From contig NW_027361819.1 in the NCBI RefSeq assembly GCF_039654945.1, forward strand, positions 4,278,001-4,342,000: a DNA stretch of 64,000 nucleotides. Direction: 5' to 3'. Within the stretch, counting starts at the first letter, position 1; each line of letters begins with the position of its first letter. The position numbers were made by a program, and so were the translations under genes. Origin of the DNA: Dendrobates tinctorius (lineage: Eukaryota). Shown here piece by piece: positions 45,401-60,907 of the stretch. The notes under the pieces were generated by a model that did no database searches, was not told the origin of the DNA, and worked only from the letters and a program-made list of their open reading frames with translations.

Positions 45401-47123
45401 AACAAGAGATCCGCAGCAGTGCCTGGAAGGTGACGGAACCTTTTAGCAGATTCATTTTTTACTGTAGAATATTCAGCTTCATAAAACTGTCCTAACTCCC
45501 GAATAAAATGCTCAATACCTAATGAACTCTCAGAAATTCTCTTGTCAAGCTGCTTCAGTTCTTGGGCATTGTCTGCTGCATAAGATTGGCTGCACATCTC
45601 TTTATATTCAGCCTGTAGCTTGGATACATTTATTCTTGCAATTAAATCAAGCTCAAACTTCATCCATTTAAGAAAATATTGTTTCTCATCTCTAGATAAA
45701 TGTGCAAGTACATTAATAAATAGAGTCATGGCTCCAGGGAGAGCATGCTTATTTTGTTCACTATGAAGTAAATGACGTTTTGCCTTTATCTTTGACCGAT
45801 ATATTTCCTGATCTTCTTCACCTTGTTTTTTCATTCTGCAGAATTCCTTTTCTAATGTAGACAACTTTTTCCACAGATCTCCTTGCAGGGTTAAGCTTTC
45901 ATTCTTAAACCTTTCTACACTTTCTATCATTGAGGTGATGTTCAGAGCATAGTCGCTTGTTCTCAGAAATTCGGGAGAAGCTTCGTCTATATGGATGTTA
46001 AGATCAGAGACTTCTTTAGTAATACCTTTTACTTTTACTAGTTTAGGATTTTTTCTCAGTAGACCATTAATGATTTTTTGAACCTTGTTCATGAACTCTG
46101 CATCGTTCATGGTGGATGATTTTAGAACAACATTAGCTTTCTCAATCTTTAGGAGAGACATTAGGTTTTGCATGTGTTGCTTTGTCTCTGGGTCAACACC
46201 TTTGTCTTTACCCGGAGTGACAATGAAATAAAACTTTGTGTCAGAGGGACTGAAGGAGGATAGTAACCTGAATTGTCTCTCACACATACTATCAATAAAT
46301 ATGAAGGTGGCCGATGAGATCCGAGTGAGGAAGGTGAACTGCTCCCAGTTGGACTCCAGGTCTCCACGTAGATTGGCCACAGCAATCGGCTCTGGGAAGG
46401 CATCAGATTTCCCACAAGGAAAGTACCAGGACATTTCCACCAGCCCGTCAGATATCTTCCTCTCAATGTTTCCTCCATCCATGTTGTCATGTATGAAAAA
46501 CTCATGATGTTGTTGAGCTGGGTTAAGAACTTGGTTTAAGATCTTAGATTTGGATAACTTATTTGGCCCCAACCTGACAAATGAGAAGATTGGTATCTTA
46601 ATATTCACCACGTTGTCTTCTCTGAACCCTTTACTATCTGCTAGAGACTGAGGTCTCCATTTCTTCACAATATCTCTCATTGCCCAACGCATGAAGATGG
46701 ATCCTGAACCATCACCAGAGGGAAGCAAAAGAGGAACTGGAAACTGGCACATGGACATTTTGGATACGAGTTCTTGCTGGAGACATTCATCTGAACAGCT
46801 GAGGACAGCGCACAGAACATCCAGAGGGTGAATAGATTTCGATTTCTGATTTTGCATAGTTTTACTGGTGAACAAATCCAATGACTCATCATCTGCACTT
46901 GATCCCAGGTTTAATAGGTCATCAAGTTCTGTTTTTCTTGCATTTCTGTGCAAAGCTATAATATTCATTAGGAAATGTCCAGGAAGGTCTGCTGTGGTTT
47001 TAGGCTTCTGATAATGTAGATTTTCTGGACCGATGCTCAAAATGTCCCTCAGCGTAAACTTTGAATTTCTAGACTTCTCCATTCCCAGTTCAACCAGGAG
47101 CTCCTTAAATGTTTTTTGTTTGC
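42415..47123 (-). CDS. Large terminal coding exon of GVIN1/VLIG/URGCP-like GTPase, copy 2
   Basis: Intact 1555 aa ORF with the same GTPase motifs and the same poly-T/TATAG acceptor (AG at 47125-47124). 22 aa differ from copy 1. Confidence 0.93.
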
Positions 47124-50100
47124 CTATAAAAAAAAAAAAAAAAAAAAAATTACAAATCGTCTAAAGTTAGTATTTGATGCACCAAGTATAGAATAAAAAA
47201 AAAAAAAAAGTTATCCAGACCCCTTTAGTTTTTCTAACTCCATTTCTGTAGCTTACCACCATTTGTCATTTCAATAAGCCAACAGCAGAAAGGCTCGTCG
47301 TCCCATCTGCTCTGTCCCACAGACTAGTTCTACCAATACTGCCCCCACCATCTGTTCATTGCCATAAATGCGTTCAGAGCTCTCCTCCTACACAGTGTGA
47401 AGAGTTATGAACTTTGTATTTTTCTTGTCATTTCATTATTGCCCATCTCCATTCTTGGAAGTCCAGAGGGTTACTAAACAATATATAATAAAGCAACAGT
47501 TTTGTCTTGACAATCTGGGTGCAGAAATATTCTGCAACTAAAGTGTAAAGTTTCCATTTTTTAGAGAATAAGGAGCCAAAACAGCTCAATGAACAAAACC
47601 CATTTCTGACATTTCCACAGATCTCAAGATGAGAGAATATATATATTAGGAAAAAAACAAAACAAAATACCAGTAGTGATGATTGCCTTGGACAAGACTA
47701 TTAACACTGTAGTGCCTACCTCAATAAACATGTGTCACGAATAAAGTCATGCCGGCTCAGACGATGCCCAGATTAACAAGGTCCGCGTCACATGTTGAAG
47801 AACCAGGACGATCTGATAAATGGGCTATTGGAACAAACCATTCATGGCCAAGGCACGAGAATCTGGATCTGATGAAATGCTACTATAACAGCAGACCAAG
47901 TGAGAGGATATATGAAGCGTATGAGGAAATCTGGATGTGGATACAAGACCTGCATGTCCACTGAGAAACAACTAGTCACCCAACATTTCAATGTCAAAGA
48001 AAAAGGCCATTATCACAACTTGAGATTGATGAACTGCACTGCAGATCCACCTAACATGAAGACCCGGAAGAACATGTGCAACTCCCTGAAGATCCTGATC
48101 CAAGCCTGCAACCAGAGAGGACTGCAGCCGATCTGAAACAGAAGATCTTAGATAAAAATTAATACCAAAGATAGACAATTGGGTCACCCTCCCAGGGCAG
48201 CGGGGTACTTGATACCAGGTCGGTGCAAGGGGGGGGGGGGGGGGAACGTGTCACAGCAGCGGTGACCCGGTCCATGGCCCTGGGCACCCAAATCAATGGT
48301 GGTTTTCAATGTAATAGTTTGTGACGCCACCTGTGGTGTTCGGCAAGCGAGATGTTAGGCCGACGCTGCATGCAGATCTGCTGGGACTGATGATATGGTG
48401 CAGCAAAGATGGTGTAGCTCCCCACAGGTGGAGCTGTAGTCCCAGGGCAGTGTAGCTGTGAGATTAGAGGAGAGGCACGAATGGTGTGGAGAATGGTACC
48501 CAGGTGTAGCAGTGCTGAAGGTTTTAGCACACAAATGAATGGAGGACACCAGGGCTTGCAGTTTCAAAGCTTTACTCACAGTCCGCGGTGCACACTGGTA
48601 CCTGCTGTGTCCTCCGGGGCAGAGACTCAACCTCCCGGGCAAGTCAGGACTCTCCTCTCCAACACTCCGCCAACATGTACCCTTCTGAATGACTCCTCTA
48701 TAGCGCCTTGTGGTGTGAAGCACCCCAGTACTTAGTTACCCTGGAAAGCCTCTTACTAGATGTTCCCTAGAACTCTCCTTGTACGGCAGACAGCTGTAGC
48801 CTACTTCGGGGACTCGCCCTCTCCCGAGCCCCAGCTCTCCATACAATTTCTGTTGTGCCCCAAGTCTTGGATGGGAGTAGTGCATTTACAGCCAACTACT
48901 CCACCAGTGTCTGCTGCAGAACCATAAGTGTCCATACAACCTCGGGGACCGGGCCCCAGCCTTGCACTGAGAACCTATAGGCAGGGTTCCTCTTCCAACC
49001 CACGTCTCCTCTGTTCTCTCTACTCCTTGGTTCTGTAGTGGTCTCTCTTTCCTATGGAATCTTAGGCTACAGTTCTAAGTCTTTCTCCTTCTCTCGGACC
49101 CGTCCTCAGACTCTCCCGACTGTCCTTCTCCCGCCTGACCTCCCAGACTGACTTCAGACTGAACTGTAATTCTAAACCTTCCCAATCTTTTATATGGATC
49201 TCAACTCCACCCACCTCCCAGCACATCCAGTGTTCCAAGCAGGGAACCACCAAAGGTGCTCTGCTACTCTAAACACTGAGCCGCAATGTGGTTGTGCAGA
49301 ACTACCCTGTTGTGTTGGGTGTGAGTGTTGGAGCGTGGAAAGGAGTTTCCAACTTTCCCAGACGGTGGGGCACTACACCTTAGGAGAAGGTGCAGTACCT
49401 CTGTGGCGACTGAGCCTCAGGGGCACCACACTGCCAAGGCTCAGCTGAAACACCAGACAGTATGATAGAAGATGCGAATAGAGCATTTTTATCAATACCT
49501 ACCACAACTCAAACTAATGTACTGATCTATGCTACTGCCTCATCAATCATGGAAATGCTTGACTATACAATCAGCAAGAAAAGTACATGCCCCCTTGGAA
49601 AAGGAGACTGGAGACAAAGATCAAGGTGACACAAAGGGAAGTCAGCCAACTAAGAAATACAGAAGGGTGTAAAGATCAAGAATAAGACCAAGCTGGACAA
49701 GTACAGAGGCCTGACCCCAACTGAGGCCCTAGAGACTGCTAAACAGAGGCTCACCGCACTCGCTGCAAGACTAGGGAGATACAATAGAGAAGCTGAGGCC
49801 AAGAAGATAAATGCTCTTTTCTCCAGAGAACTATGCAAGGTGTACTCCCAACTACAGAGGAACAGCACAAAAGCTGCAACTCCACCAATAGCAGAGACTG
49901 AATACTGGAGGAACAGATGGGAGAACACCAGTGCAACATGGTTGCAAGATCTGAGAATGAAACAGCAACCACCTAGAGCAAGTACCAGTCACCATTACAG
50001 AAGCGGACATCCAACAGCGGGTCAAGAACATGAAGAGCTGGACAGCACCTGGCCCAGACATGATCCTCACCTACTGGCTAGAGAAACATCAGTACATGAA

Positions 50101-53100
50101 CACATGGCAAATCAGATAAACCAACTGCTAGAAGAAGGCCACCACACACAGGGGCGTATCCAGGGGGGGGCAGCCGGGGCATATGCCCCGGGCGCAGCTG
50201 TCAGGGGGCGCCATCTGGCCGCCTGATGCGGCAGTCCAAGGAGGAGAGTCGAGACTCCCCGTCAGCGGCATTCTGCCGCCCCCACACTCAGATGATTCTC
50301 CCGTTCTCTGTCTGAGCCGGCTGTCAAACTGACAGCTGGCGCAGAAAGTGCTGCGCGTCGGTGTACTAGCGTCTTCAGACGCCAGTACATACATGTGACT
50401 GTCTGTCAAATCACTTGTTCTGTAAGCGCCAGTGCCGCGGTGTCTCACCGCCGCTGGCACTTCCGCATCAATGAAGCACCAGCAGCGTGATCAGGTCACA
50501 TGATCACACTGCTGACGTCACACGCCGGCGGCCGGCTCTTCAGAGGCGAAGACTCAGGCAGGGAGGCAGGGGGGGGACGCTAGCGGCTATATGGAGTCAG
50601 TGCAAGGGAAGATTGGGCCCAGACAGTGTGTGAGGAGCAAGGCCATGGATGGTGCAGACATATTCATGTGGTGTGGTGGAGAAAGATGAACATATGGGGG
50701 GGGGGGAAGGAGAAACCTAAGGACATTATGGGGGAACCTGAAGATCTTATGGGGGAAACCTGAGGACATTATGGGGGAACCTGAAGATATTATGGGGGGG
50801 GAACCTGAGGACATTATGGGGGGGGACCTGAGGACATTATAGGGATAAGGGAACATAATGTGTGGGGGGATTTTGAGTGGGGAGGGGAAAACAATGTGTG
50901 GGGGGATTTGGAGTAAGGATATTTAATGTGTGAGGATTTGGAGTGGGGATGGGGGATACTTGTGTGTGGGGAGATTGAGGACATAAATGAAGAGTATGTA
51001 TGAGGGCATGTATGAGGAAACAGTATGGGGGGATGGGTGCAGGCACAGTATGGCGAGTGGGTGATGGGTGCAGACAGTATAGGGAGCCAAGCGGGTAAAT
51101 GCATGTGGACACATTATGAGTAGCGATGGAAAAAAATCTATGTGGACACAATATGGGGAGTGAGGGTGATGGGATGTGTGCAGACACAGTATGGGGAGTC
51201 AGGGGGTATGTGTGAGCAGACAGTATAGAGTGTGAGGGGGTAATAATATGAGGAGACAGTATGGTGAACAGGGGGATGTTAGAGGAGACAGTATGAGGAG
51301 GGAGGGGAATAGTGTGAGGCAACAGTATATTGCAGATATTTTTATTTCGGAGCATTATAATGACACTATCTTTAAGGGCATCATGTGGAGATTTGCTGCA
51401 GAAGACCGGAGAAGATGGAAGTCTGCAGAGGCCGCTGTGGATGAGAAAACTCATCAAGGGGTCTGGACAAGAAGAAAAGAACAACTCCAGAGACGTCATC
51501 TATAAGGTACCTGGATGTAAATATTTGTGATACTAATTCTCATGTTTTTATTTGTCAGGAGCATTACAGGGGTTGTCCAGGTTTGTGCTGAGTCTGCAGA
51601 CATTCTATGTGACTGCAGACTTCTGAATTCTCACAGTGCTCACTGAACGTGGTTAGGATTCTCTCGTGCCGGTAATTTACATACATGCGGTCACATGCTG
51701 ACTAGACATGTGTGGCCTCACTCAATGATAATGACAGAGCGAGGCCGGGCACGTCTAGTCAGAATGTGGCCAGAAGTATATAAATCACATACTTGTGCTG
51801 ACATGACCGTGTACTCTTGCCACCGGTACGGGAGAATCCTAAGTGTGCAGTGCATTTGTTGTGAGAATTCAGAAGCTGCAATGTCAGGATTCAGCTCTGC
51901 AGGCTCCAGTAGTTATCACATGGACACTTCACTATGAAAATCGCATACTTATGGTCTTGTGATGAGCTTCTCTTCCTGCTTCTTTCAGTTTTTCATTGAA
52001 CATTGAGATCATTAGGGAGAACAGCTCGTCAGTACATGACTAAGTTTGGAAATCGCTTATGTACTGGGGAAGGGGGGGGGGGGGGCGGCCGAACCGACTT
52101 CTTGCCCCGGGTGCCAGAAAGCCTAGATACACCTCTGACCACACAGGTTGGCTAACACAAGGAACAGTGCTGATCATGAAGGATCCTCACGAAAGGAACA
52201 GTTCCATCTGGCTACCGCCCGATAACCTGCCTTACAACATGGAAACTCCTGTCAGGCATCATAGCCACCAAGATACAGAACCATATGAACCAGTACATGA
52301 ATCCAGCTCAGAAAGGCATTGGGACCAACACCAGAGGCTCTAAGCACCAGCTCCTAGTAGATTGGTCTGTCTGGATCTTGAGTGACTGCTCTATCTCAGC
52401 ACAGCCTGGACTGACTACAGGAAAGCCCATGACTCAAATGCCACACACGGATCTGTGAATGCTTGGCTCTCTACAATGTCAACAGGAAATTAAGAACCTT
52501 CCTCAAACTCAATGGGGCTATGGAAAAACATTGGAAGTCAACTCAAGACAACTAGCGCAAATGGCCATCAAATGCGGCATATACCAAGGTGATGCACTGT
52601 CCCCATTGCTGTTCTGCATAGGCTTGAACCCCCTCAGTTAGTTAATTACAGAGTCTGGCTATGGATACAAAGTTCAAGAGTGGAAGCACCATCAGCCACC
52701 TCCTCTACATGGATGACAAAGTTATATGCGAAAAACGAATGAGATATCAATATCTAACAAACCGAACATTCAGTGTCTGCCTCTCCCACACCACCTCCTC
52801 ACCTTGCCCCCTGTGTCAGTGTTCCTCAAGGCTCAGTTCTAGGACCCCTACTCTTCTCCATCTACACCTTCAGCCTGGGACAGCTCATAGAATCCCACGG
52901 TTTGCAGCATCATCACTAAGCTGATGACACAGATTATTATTTATTATAGCGCCATTTATTCCATGGCGCTTTACATAATACATACAAGTACAGTAATCTT
53001 AAACAATACAAGTCACGACTGGTACGGGATGAGAGGACCCTGCCCGCGAGGGCTCACAAGCTACAAACGCAGATCTACCTATCTGCACTTGATCCTCACC

Positions 53101-56100
53101 TCCTTACCAAAATCCCACAGTGTCTGCTTTTTCAGCTTTCTTCTCTGCTCACTTTCTACAACTGAACTTGGACAAAACAAAAATTCATAATCTTTCACCC
53201 CCCACCCCCCATCTCACTCTACCCCTCCACCAGACCCATCCATCAATGTCAATGGCTGCTCACTTTCCCCAGTCCTGCACGCTCGGTGCCTTGGGGTGAT
53301 CCTCGACTCTGCCCTCTTTCAAGCCACATAGCCAAACCCTTGCTTCCTCCTGCCATCTCAAACTCAAATATTTCCTGGATCTATGCATTCCTTGACACCA
53401 CAAAAACACTAGTGCACACCCTTATCTCGCCTACCATAGAAACCTTCAAAGAGAACTTGAAGACCCACCTCTTCTGACAAGCCTACAACGATCCTCAGTC
53501 TACAGAACCGCCGTACGACCAGCTCTACCTGCTCCTAGAGAATCCTCACCCATCCCTTGTAGACAGCCCTTGCGGGCAGGGTCCTCTCCCCTTCTGTACT
53601 TGTGTCTTGTATATTGTACTTTTCTATATTTACCCCTTTTCACTTGTAAAGCGCCATGAAATAAATGGCACTATAAAAATGTATAGTTCACTGATCCACC
53701 TGACAAGGATCTACAGTGAAGACATCGGGATGTCCTTCGGACTGGAGACGTGCAGCCGGTGGGTAAAGTGAGGCAAGGTAGTCAAGACTGAGTGGAGTTA
53801 CCAGAAGGGCATGTAGCAGATGTACAGACATGCTACAAGGACCTAGACATCCCACAGGGATACAGTAACCATGATGAGGAGGCAAGGAAAGCAGCAACAT
53901 TCAAATATCAAAAGGTAAGACAAGTCCTGAAGAGCCAGCTCAATGGGAAGAATAAAATTCACACCATCAATACATATGCCATGCCAGTTATCAGATACCC
54001 TGCTGGCATAGTGTGCTGGCCAAAAGAATAGATGGAGGCTGCAGATGTAACGACACGAAAGCTCCTCACAATGCATGGAGGTCTCCACCCCAAGTCTAGC
54101 ACCCAAAGATTGTATACCAACAGAAAGGAGGGTGGTCGAGGCTTGATAAGCATCTAAGCCACCATCACAGATGAAACAAGGAGTATTCAGGAATACATCA
54201 GAAGAATCGTACCAAAAGATGAGATGCTGATAGAAAGCCTAAGGCAACAACAAGTCTGGAAACAGGATCATGAAGCGCCATGGCTAGACAAGCCACTGCA
54301 TGGGATGTACCATCGACAGAAAATGGTGGTGGTTGACATGGAGAAGTCCTACCAATGGCTGGAGAAAGCTGGACTCAGACAGCACAGAGGCGCTAATCAT
54401 AGCAGCACAAGAGCAAGAACTAAGTAACAGATCCATAGAAGCAGGAGTCTACCACACAAGACAAGACCCAAGGTGCAGACTATGCAAAGAAACCTCAGAA
54501 CCAGTCCAACACATAGTGGCAGGATGCAAAATGCAAGAACAGCATATACTGAATGCCACAACCAAGTAGAGGAAATTGTATACAGGAACATCTGCACAGC
54601 ATATGGGCTAAGACCCCTCAAGACCAGGTGGGAGACCCAAGAGAAAGTGGTGGAGAATGAAAAGGCTAAAATCCTGTGGGACTTCAAAATCCAGATGGAT
54701 AAGCAGGTGTTGGCTAACCAACCAGACATTGTGATAGTAGACAAGGATCAGAAGACAGCAATGATAATAGATGTTGCTGTCACTTGGCACTGCCACATCA
54801 GAAAGAATGAATATGAGAAGCTGGAGAAAAACCAGGGCCTCAAAGGAGAACTGGAGAAGATGTGGAAGGTGAAGGCCACAGTGATTTCAGTGGTGATAGG
54901 AGGACTTGGAGCAGTGACTCCTAAGTTGGAAGAATGGCTACAACAGATCCCAGGAGCAACAGCTGAGCTCTGTCCATAAAAGCGCAATGCTGGGAACAAC
55001 TAAGAGCCTGTGCAGAACCCTCAAACTCCCAGGCCTCTGGTAGAAGATCTGAGAATGAGGAAGGACAACAAAGACCACCCCAGTGGGGGAGAGAAGGAAG
55101 TTTTTAATTATGTATTATATATTTCTGACCCTCCTCAGTGTGATATAGTATATAGTAATATGGCCACTTTGTTCTCTCTTGATATTCGCTTTGAGAAACT
55201 GCTGCGAGTCACCACTGCTGGTGAAATCACAGATCTGTGGTGATCGAGCTTTGAGGTGGACCTGCCCATCTGGAATCAAGTGGCTGACATATCACTTTCT
55301 AGCACCCTGGTTGAATACTTGTTTATACGCATCAATAACGGCCATTGTTGGGTTCAATAAATGCCGTGACAGACCTTCATCCAACAGCAAGGCTCATGTC
55401 ATGAGTGGTCTTTTTGCATGACAGCCATCAGCACAGAAGGCCAAGGCCTTGTTTCAGCCTGGAGGCTCAGAGCTTTGGGAGCGGCACAAGGCAGTTATCC
55501 ATGTTCCCTCACAATTTCCTGAACACTTTTTAAACTGTTCTTAATGCGGCCAAGAGACAAGATTGTAAGTGGGTGTAGCCGAGACGTACGTTTATTTTTG
55601 CCATGGTGGACATACCACACAGCATCACCGAGGCAGTTACCAGGCAGATTGCTTGGTGGGTGGAGCCTCCAGGTGACCTATAAATAGCTGTAATAGTTTT
55701 TCCAGTCAGTGTTTCAGCAAGGGCCCCGCCAGAGGGCAGCCACCAGCCCAGCCAGGGCCCCGCCAGAGGGCAGCCACCAGCCCAGCCAGGGCCCCGCCAG
55801 AGGGCAGCCACCAGCCCAGCCAGGGCCCCGCCAGAGGGCAGCCACCAGCCCAGCCAGGGCCCCGCCAGAGGGCAGCCACCAGCCCAGCCAGGGCCCCGCC
55901 AGAGGGCAGCCAGTGAACATGTGAGGAGATTATTTTTTCCCCCCTTCCAGTGGGCAGAGTAGAGATGGACCGACCAGAAGCCTTTGGATTGCATGAGAAC
56001 TTGGACCCTTCAGGAAGATGGCATTCGTTGGTCTGCACAGCACCCTTAGGCTACCAGAATACTATGCTGTGGACACAGGAGGAGTACAGGCTGGGAGAGT

Positions 56101-59100
56101 AGTCCCCTATAATGGAGAATGGAAAACTGGAACCCTACAACATAAGGAAGGCCAGAGGAGGCCAGGATATGGGGGTCTGCTGGGGAACATCACCCTTGTG
56201 GGATAGAAGTAGACTATTGTGTCAGCTTGGATAACAGGATGAGCTCTGTTCACACTCGCCGTTTATCACGCCTCATATGTGCCGTTTCCTGCATCTGTCT
56301 AAGTGTTGCCCGTCTGAGGAACTTTGTCATCTGCACATGTAATACAGCTGAAAATATTACTAGTATCCATATGACCGCTGCAGCCAATTACTGGGCTCAG
56401 TGGTAATTCCCATAAGCCCCCAAAACGCTGAGTCTAGTTCTTAGAAAGCATTGTAACACCAAATCGTACCAGCATGTAACTGGGTCGCCCTCCCAGGGCT
56501 GTGGGGTACTCGGTACCGGGCCAGTGTCAGGGGGATGCGTGTCACAGCAGCGGTAACCCGGTCTGTGGCCCTGGGCGCTCAAATCAATGGTGGTTTTGTG
56601 GTTAATGTAATAGTTTGTGACGCCACCTGTGGTGTTTGGCAAGGGAGGTGTTAAGCTAGCGCTGCATGTAGATCCGCTGGGACTGATGGTGTGGTGCAGC
56701 AAAGATGGTGTATCTCCCCACAGGTGAAGCTGTAGTCCCAGGGCAGTGTAGGTGCAATGGATGAGGAGAGGCACAGAATGGTGTGGATGCTGGTACCCAG
56801 ATGTAGCAGTGCTGAAGGTGTTAGCAACGAATGAATGGCGGACACCAGGACTTGCAGTTTCAAAGCTTTACTCACAGTCCGTGGTACACACTGGTGCCTG
56901 CCTCCACGCTGTGTCCTCCGGGGTAGAGACTCAATCAACCTCCCGGGCAAGTCAGGGCTCTCCTCTCCAACATGTACCTTCCTGAACGACTCCGCCAATG
57001 CGCCTTGTGGTGTGAAGCACTCCAGTACTTAGTTACCCTGGAATACCTCCTTACAGATGTTCTTAGAACTCTCCTTGTACGGCAGACAGCTGTAGCCTGC
57101 TTCGGGGACGCCTCGCTCCCGGCTCTGTGTTGCTGTTGTGCCTCAAGTCTTGGATGGGAGTAATGCATTTACAGCCTACTACTCCACCGGTGTCTGCTGC
57201 AGAACCATAAGTGTCCATACAACCTCAGGGACCGGGCCCCGGCCTTGCGCTGAGAACCTATAGGCAGGGTTCCTCTTCCAACCCACGTCTCCTCTGTTCT
57301 CCTACTCCTTCGTTCCGTACTTGTCTTTCTCTCCTATGGAAGCTTAGGTTGCAGTTCTACATCTCTCTCCCGTGCCAGCTGGCTCAGGTTACTGAGGCAG
57401 CTGCAGCACTCCTTCCTCCATCCCTTCTTCCAGGGATCCTCTCCTGTCTGAGTGACTTCCTACTCCACTGACCTCCAATTCTAAACCTTCCCAACCTTTT
57501 ATATGAATCTGAACTCCACCCACCTAACAGCACATCCAGTGTTCCATGCAGGGAACCACCAAAGGTGCTCTGCTACTCTCTAAGCACTGAGCCGCTATGT
57601 GGTTGTGCAGAACTACACTGTTGTGTGGGGTGCGAGTGTTGGAGTGTGGAAAGGAGTTCCCAACTTACCAGGATGGTGGGGTACCACACCTTAGGAGAAG
57701 GTGCAGTACTTCTGTGGCGACTGAGCCTCAGGGGCGCCACATAACTCACTGAAGGATTTCGCTCTGCTCACCAGTTTATCATGAGATTCTCACATTCCCA
57801 GCCACATACAGACTAGCTTTTCTTCCTGCTTCTCAGTGAGGCACGGGCTGTAATGTTTCACTGAACATTTAGAGAATGATGAAGAGCAGCTCATCAGCAC
57901 GTGACCAAGTGTGCAAGTCACATATGAGTGGTCACTTGTCTAATCAAACATATACCGTGTATAGGAGGAGGCTCCAAACTGAAAACCTAGATCTGGCTCC
58001 GATTCAGGATGATGGAGAAACTTCAGAAACCAATTTTATTATCCCCAAAGTATTTTTTTTCTTCATGCCATGCAAACAAAGTCCATTATTCAGGTGGAAG
58101 AATTCAAAATAATGGATGAGACAAAGGTCTCCTCCTCTACATCCAATGGTGGTGACACTTCCCCCCCCCCCCCCCATCAAGATTGAAAATCTTTCAAAAT
58201 CGATTAGGTCATGGGACCAGATTGATAGGAGGGAGCTCCGGCGTCCTCCATTAGGGGATCTAGAGCCGTAAAGTGGATGTGCCGTAATAAGACAATGGTG
58301 GCTGCATGAAAGTGGGTCGCCCTCCCAGGGCTGTGGGGTACTTGGTACCGGGCCGGTGTCAGCGGGATGTGTCACAGTGGCGGTGACCCGGTCCGTGGCC
58401 CTGGGCGCTCAAGTAATGGGGGAATTGAAATGGTGGAATGTGGTTGAATAGTTCGTGACGCCACCTGTTGTGTTCAGCAAGGGAGGTGTTAAGCCGATGC
58501 TGCATGCAGATCCTCTGGGACTGATGGTATGGTCCAGCAAAGATGTAAAAGCTCCCCACAGGTGAAGCTGTAGCCCCAGGGCAGTGTAGATGTGGTTGGC
58601 ACGGGGATGTAGCAGTGCCGGAAGGGTTGGAAGCAGACAGACACAGCGGGGTGCAATTTCTGTACCTTTACTTGATAAATGCAGACCAGGGTCCTGATTA
58701 CAGATGGTACCGGAGCAGGCTAGCCTGGAAGCAACTCAGGGATTCTCCCTCAGCAGATGGGCTGTGCAGTCTCCTTCCTAGCGCTTATTTGAGGGATCTC
58801 CAGTACTGAGTTACACTGAAGTTCCTCCTGTCAGATGTTCCCAAGAACTCTACTTGTACGGCAGACAGCTGTAGCCTGTTCCAGGGACTCCTCACTCCTA
58901 AGTCCCAGCTTACTATCAGTGTTGCTGTTGTGCCCTCAAGTCTTAGATGGGAGTAGGGCATTTACAGCCTCCTACTCCTCTGGTGTCTGCTGTAGGACCA
59001 TCAGTGTCCATACAGCCATGGAGACCAGGCTCCAGTTCATGCGCTCTTGCAGGAGACAAGCTCTTCCTCTCAGCTCTATCTCAGCGCTCCTTCCTCACGT

Positions 59101-60624
59101 CTGCACACTTCACCCTCCGCAGACTAACTGACCACTCCTTCCTCTTGGCCCTCAGAGAGCACTCCTCCCCTTAATTCCAGTTCAGAGTCCCCCTGCTGGC
59201 CTGGAGTGGAACTGTGTTGCATGTATTGGTTAACTGCGAGAGAGACCCTTCACTACTTCCAAGCCTGGCATTACCCTCCCTGGAGGAAGGTAAAGCCACT
59301 GTGGCAGCCATACTCCTGGGGGCACCACATTAGCATCAAGAAACCAACCATCTACAGATGCTTCAAGATCATGAATGCAGAGAAACAAGAGCTACCAATC
59401 ATCAAGAGCCTAGTTAGAAACAATGCGTGGATAAACCCCAGAGGCCCCAATAAAAGATAAGTCAGAGTACTGAGGCCATGTCATCAGTAACAAGACTACG
59501 GTTGTTGGATGGCGTCTTTCCTACTTCATGGATAATTAAATCCGCATTGTCCATTCCAGCTACTAGACTGGTTTACTTCCATTAACTAGTTACAAAAAAA
59601 AATAAAAAATTCCTCCATCTCAGGAAGCAAATTGTTCTCAAAACCTCCATCCAGGATTTCTTTCAATAGAGGAACTTAAAGTTTGATGTGAGGGGAACGC
59701 TTCTTTATCCTCTTAATATATTGTAGTCATCATATTCTATAGCGCTGCGTACTTACAATTGCTCATTTTGCCTTTCTACCCAAATAATAATTTTCTATTC
59801 TCTGCTCTATGTAGACACAGGAGGTCTCTTGTTCCTGAAAAACCTCATTCTCCCCCTGACAAAGCTGCTCCCTCCTCCCCCTCATGTTCCCTTTTGCAGT
59901 GATGAGTCCTACTACAGGGAAAATTGACCTCATAGCTCCTCAGTTTTTTTTGTTTTTTTTAATCACTTGATTTCACAGACTTAATGGGAAAAAAGAATTA
60001 TCCAGGTAGAAAGGAGGAATGGGCAACTGATGACTGCAATATTTTAAGAGGATAACAATTCTGATGGTAAGTGGGCTTCTTTAAGTTTAGCCAATTGGTG
60101 CAGAAAATCCAAAGAAACAAAAAGATAAAAAAAAAAAAAAAGCACCAAATCATGTACATTGTGTGTATAGTTCAACATGAAAAATTTTGGTGAAGCGTCC
60201 TCCAACAATCACAGTACACATTTTGTACAAGGCATTGTACTGAGGGGCATGAAACTAAAGTTCTTTATGCTGCCTAGAAGTATATGGTCGGCAGCACAAG
60301 GACAATCTATAGAACTACTGTACAGACTTTAACAACCGGCACCAGGTGACTGTCCAATAACAGCACAATTTGCATGAAGCCCCCGGATAATCCTTCAGGG
60401 CACATGATTTTCTATAAATATTTAAAAAAAAAAAAAAAAACGGTGACATTTCGGTCTAATTGGACCATGAGACTCAGATTTAAGTTTTTTTTGTGCTTCT
60501 GTTTTTCCTACATCCCTAAACTTATTCCCCTGCACCCCTCAACATAGTTTTTTTCCCCATATTTTGCCATTAATGGATTGTGCAAGTTTGATCTCCCCCA
60601 ACATAATGGAAGTAGGATACTCAC

Positions 60625-60907
60625 TGTCCTGGAGATGTTCAGATACAGATGACAATCCTGGGAATCTGGGAATCATGTTCTGTAGATGATTCAGGAACTT
60701 CTGGCAGGCCTCTTCTCCCTTGTGAAGAATCAGGTCCATCAGACTAAGGGTTTTCTCCACCGGACTCACAACTTCGCACAGATTTCCATGTTCTTCAGAA
60801 GTTATAAGCTGGAGAGAGTTCACTTCATCCATGAAACCATCCACGTCCTTCTCAAACACCTCGGAGAATTTCCATCTCAGACGGTGGATGGTCTTGGATG
60901 CCGCCAT
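60625..60907 (-). CDS. CARD coding exon, copy 2
   Basis: Protein-identical to copy 1 (one synonymous GTC/GTG change). Donor GTGAGT at 60624; exon begins at 60924. Confidence 0.85.
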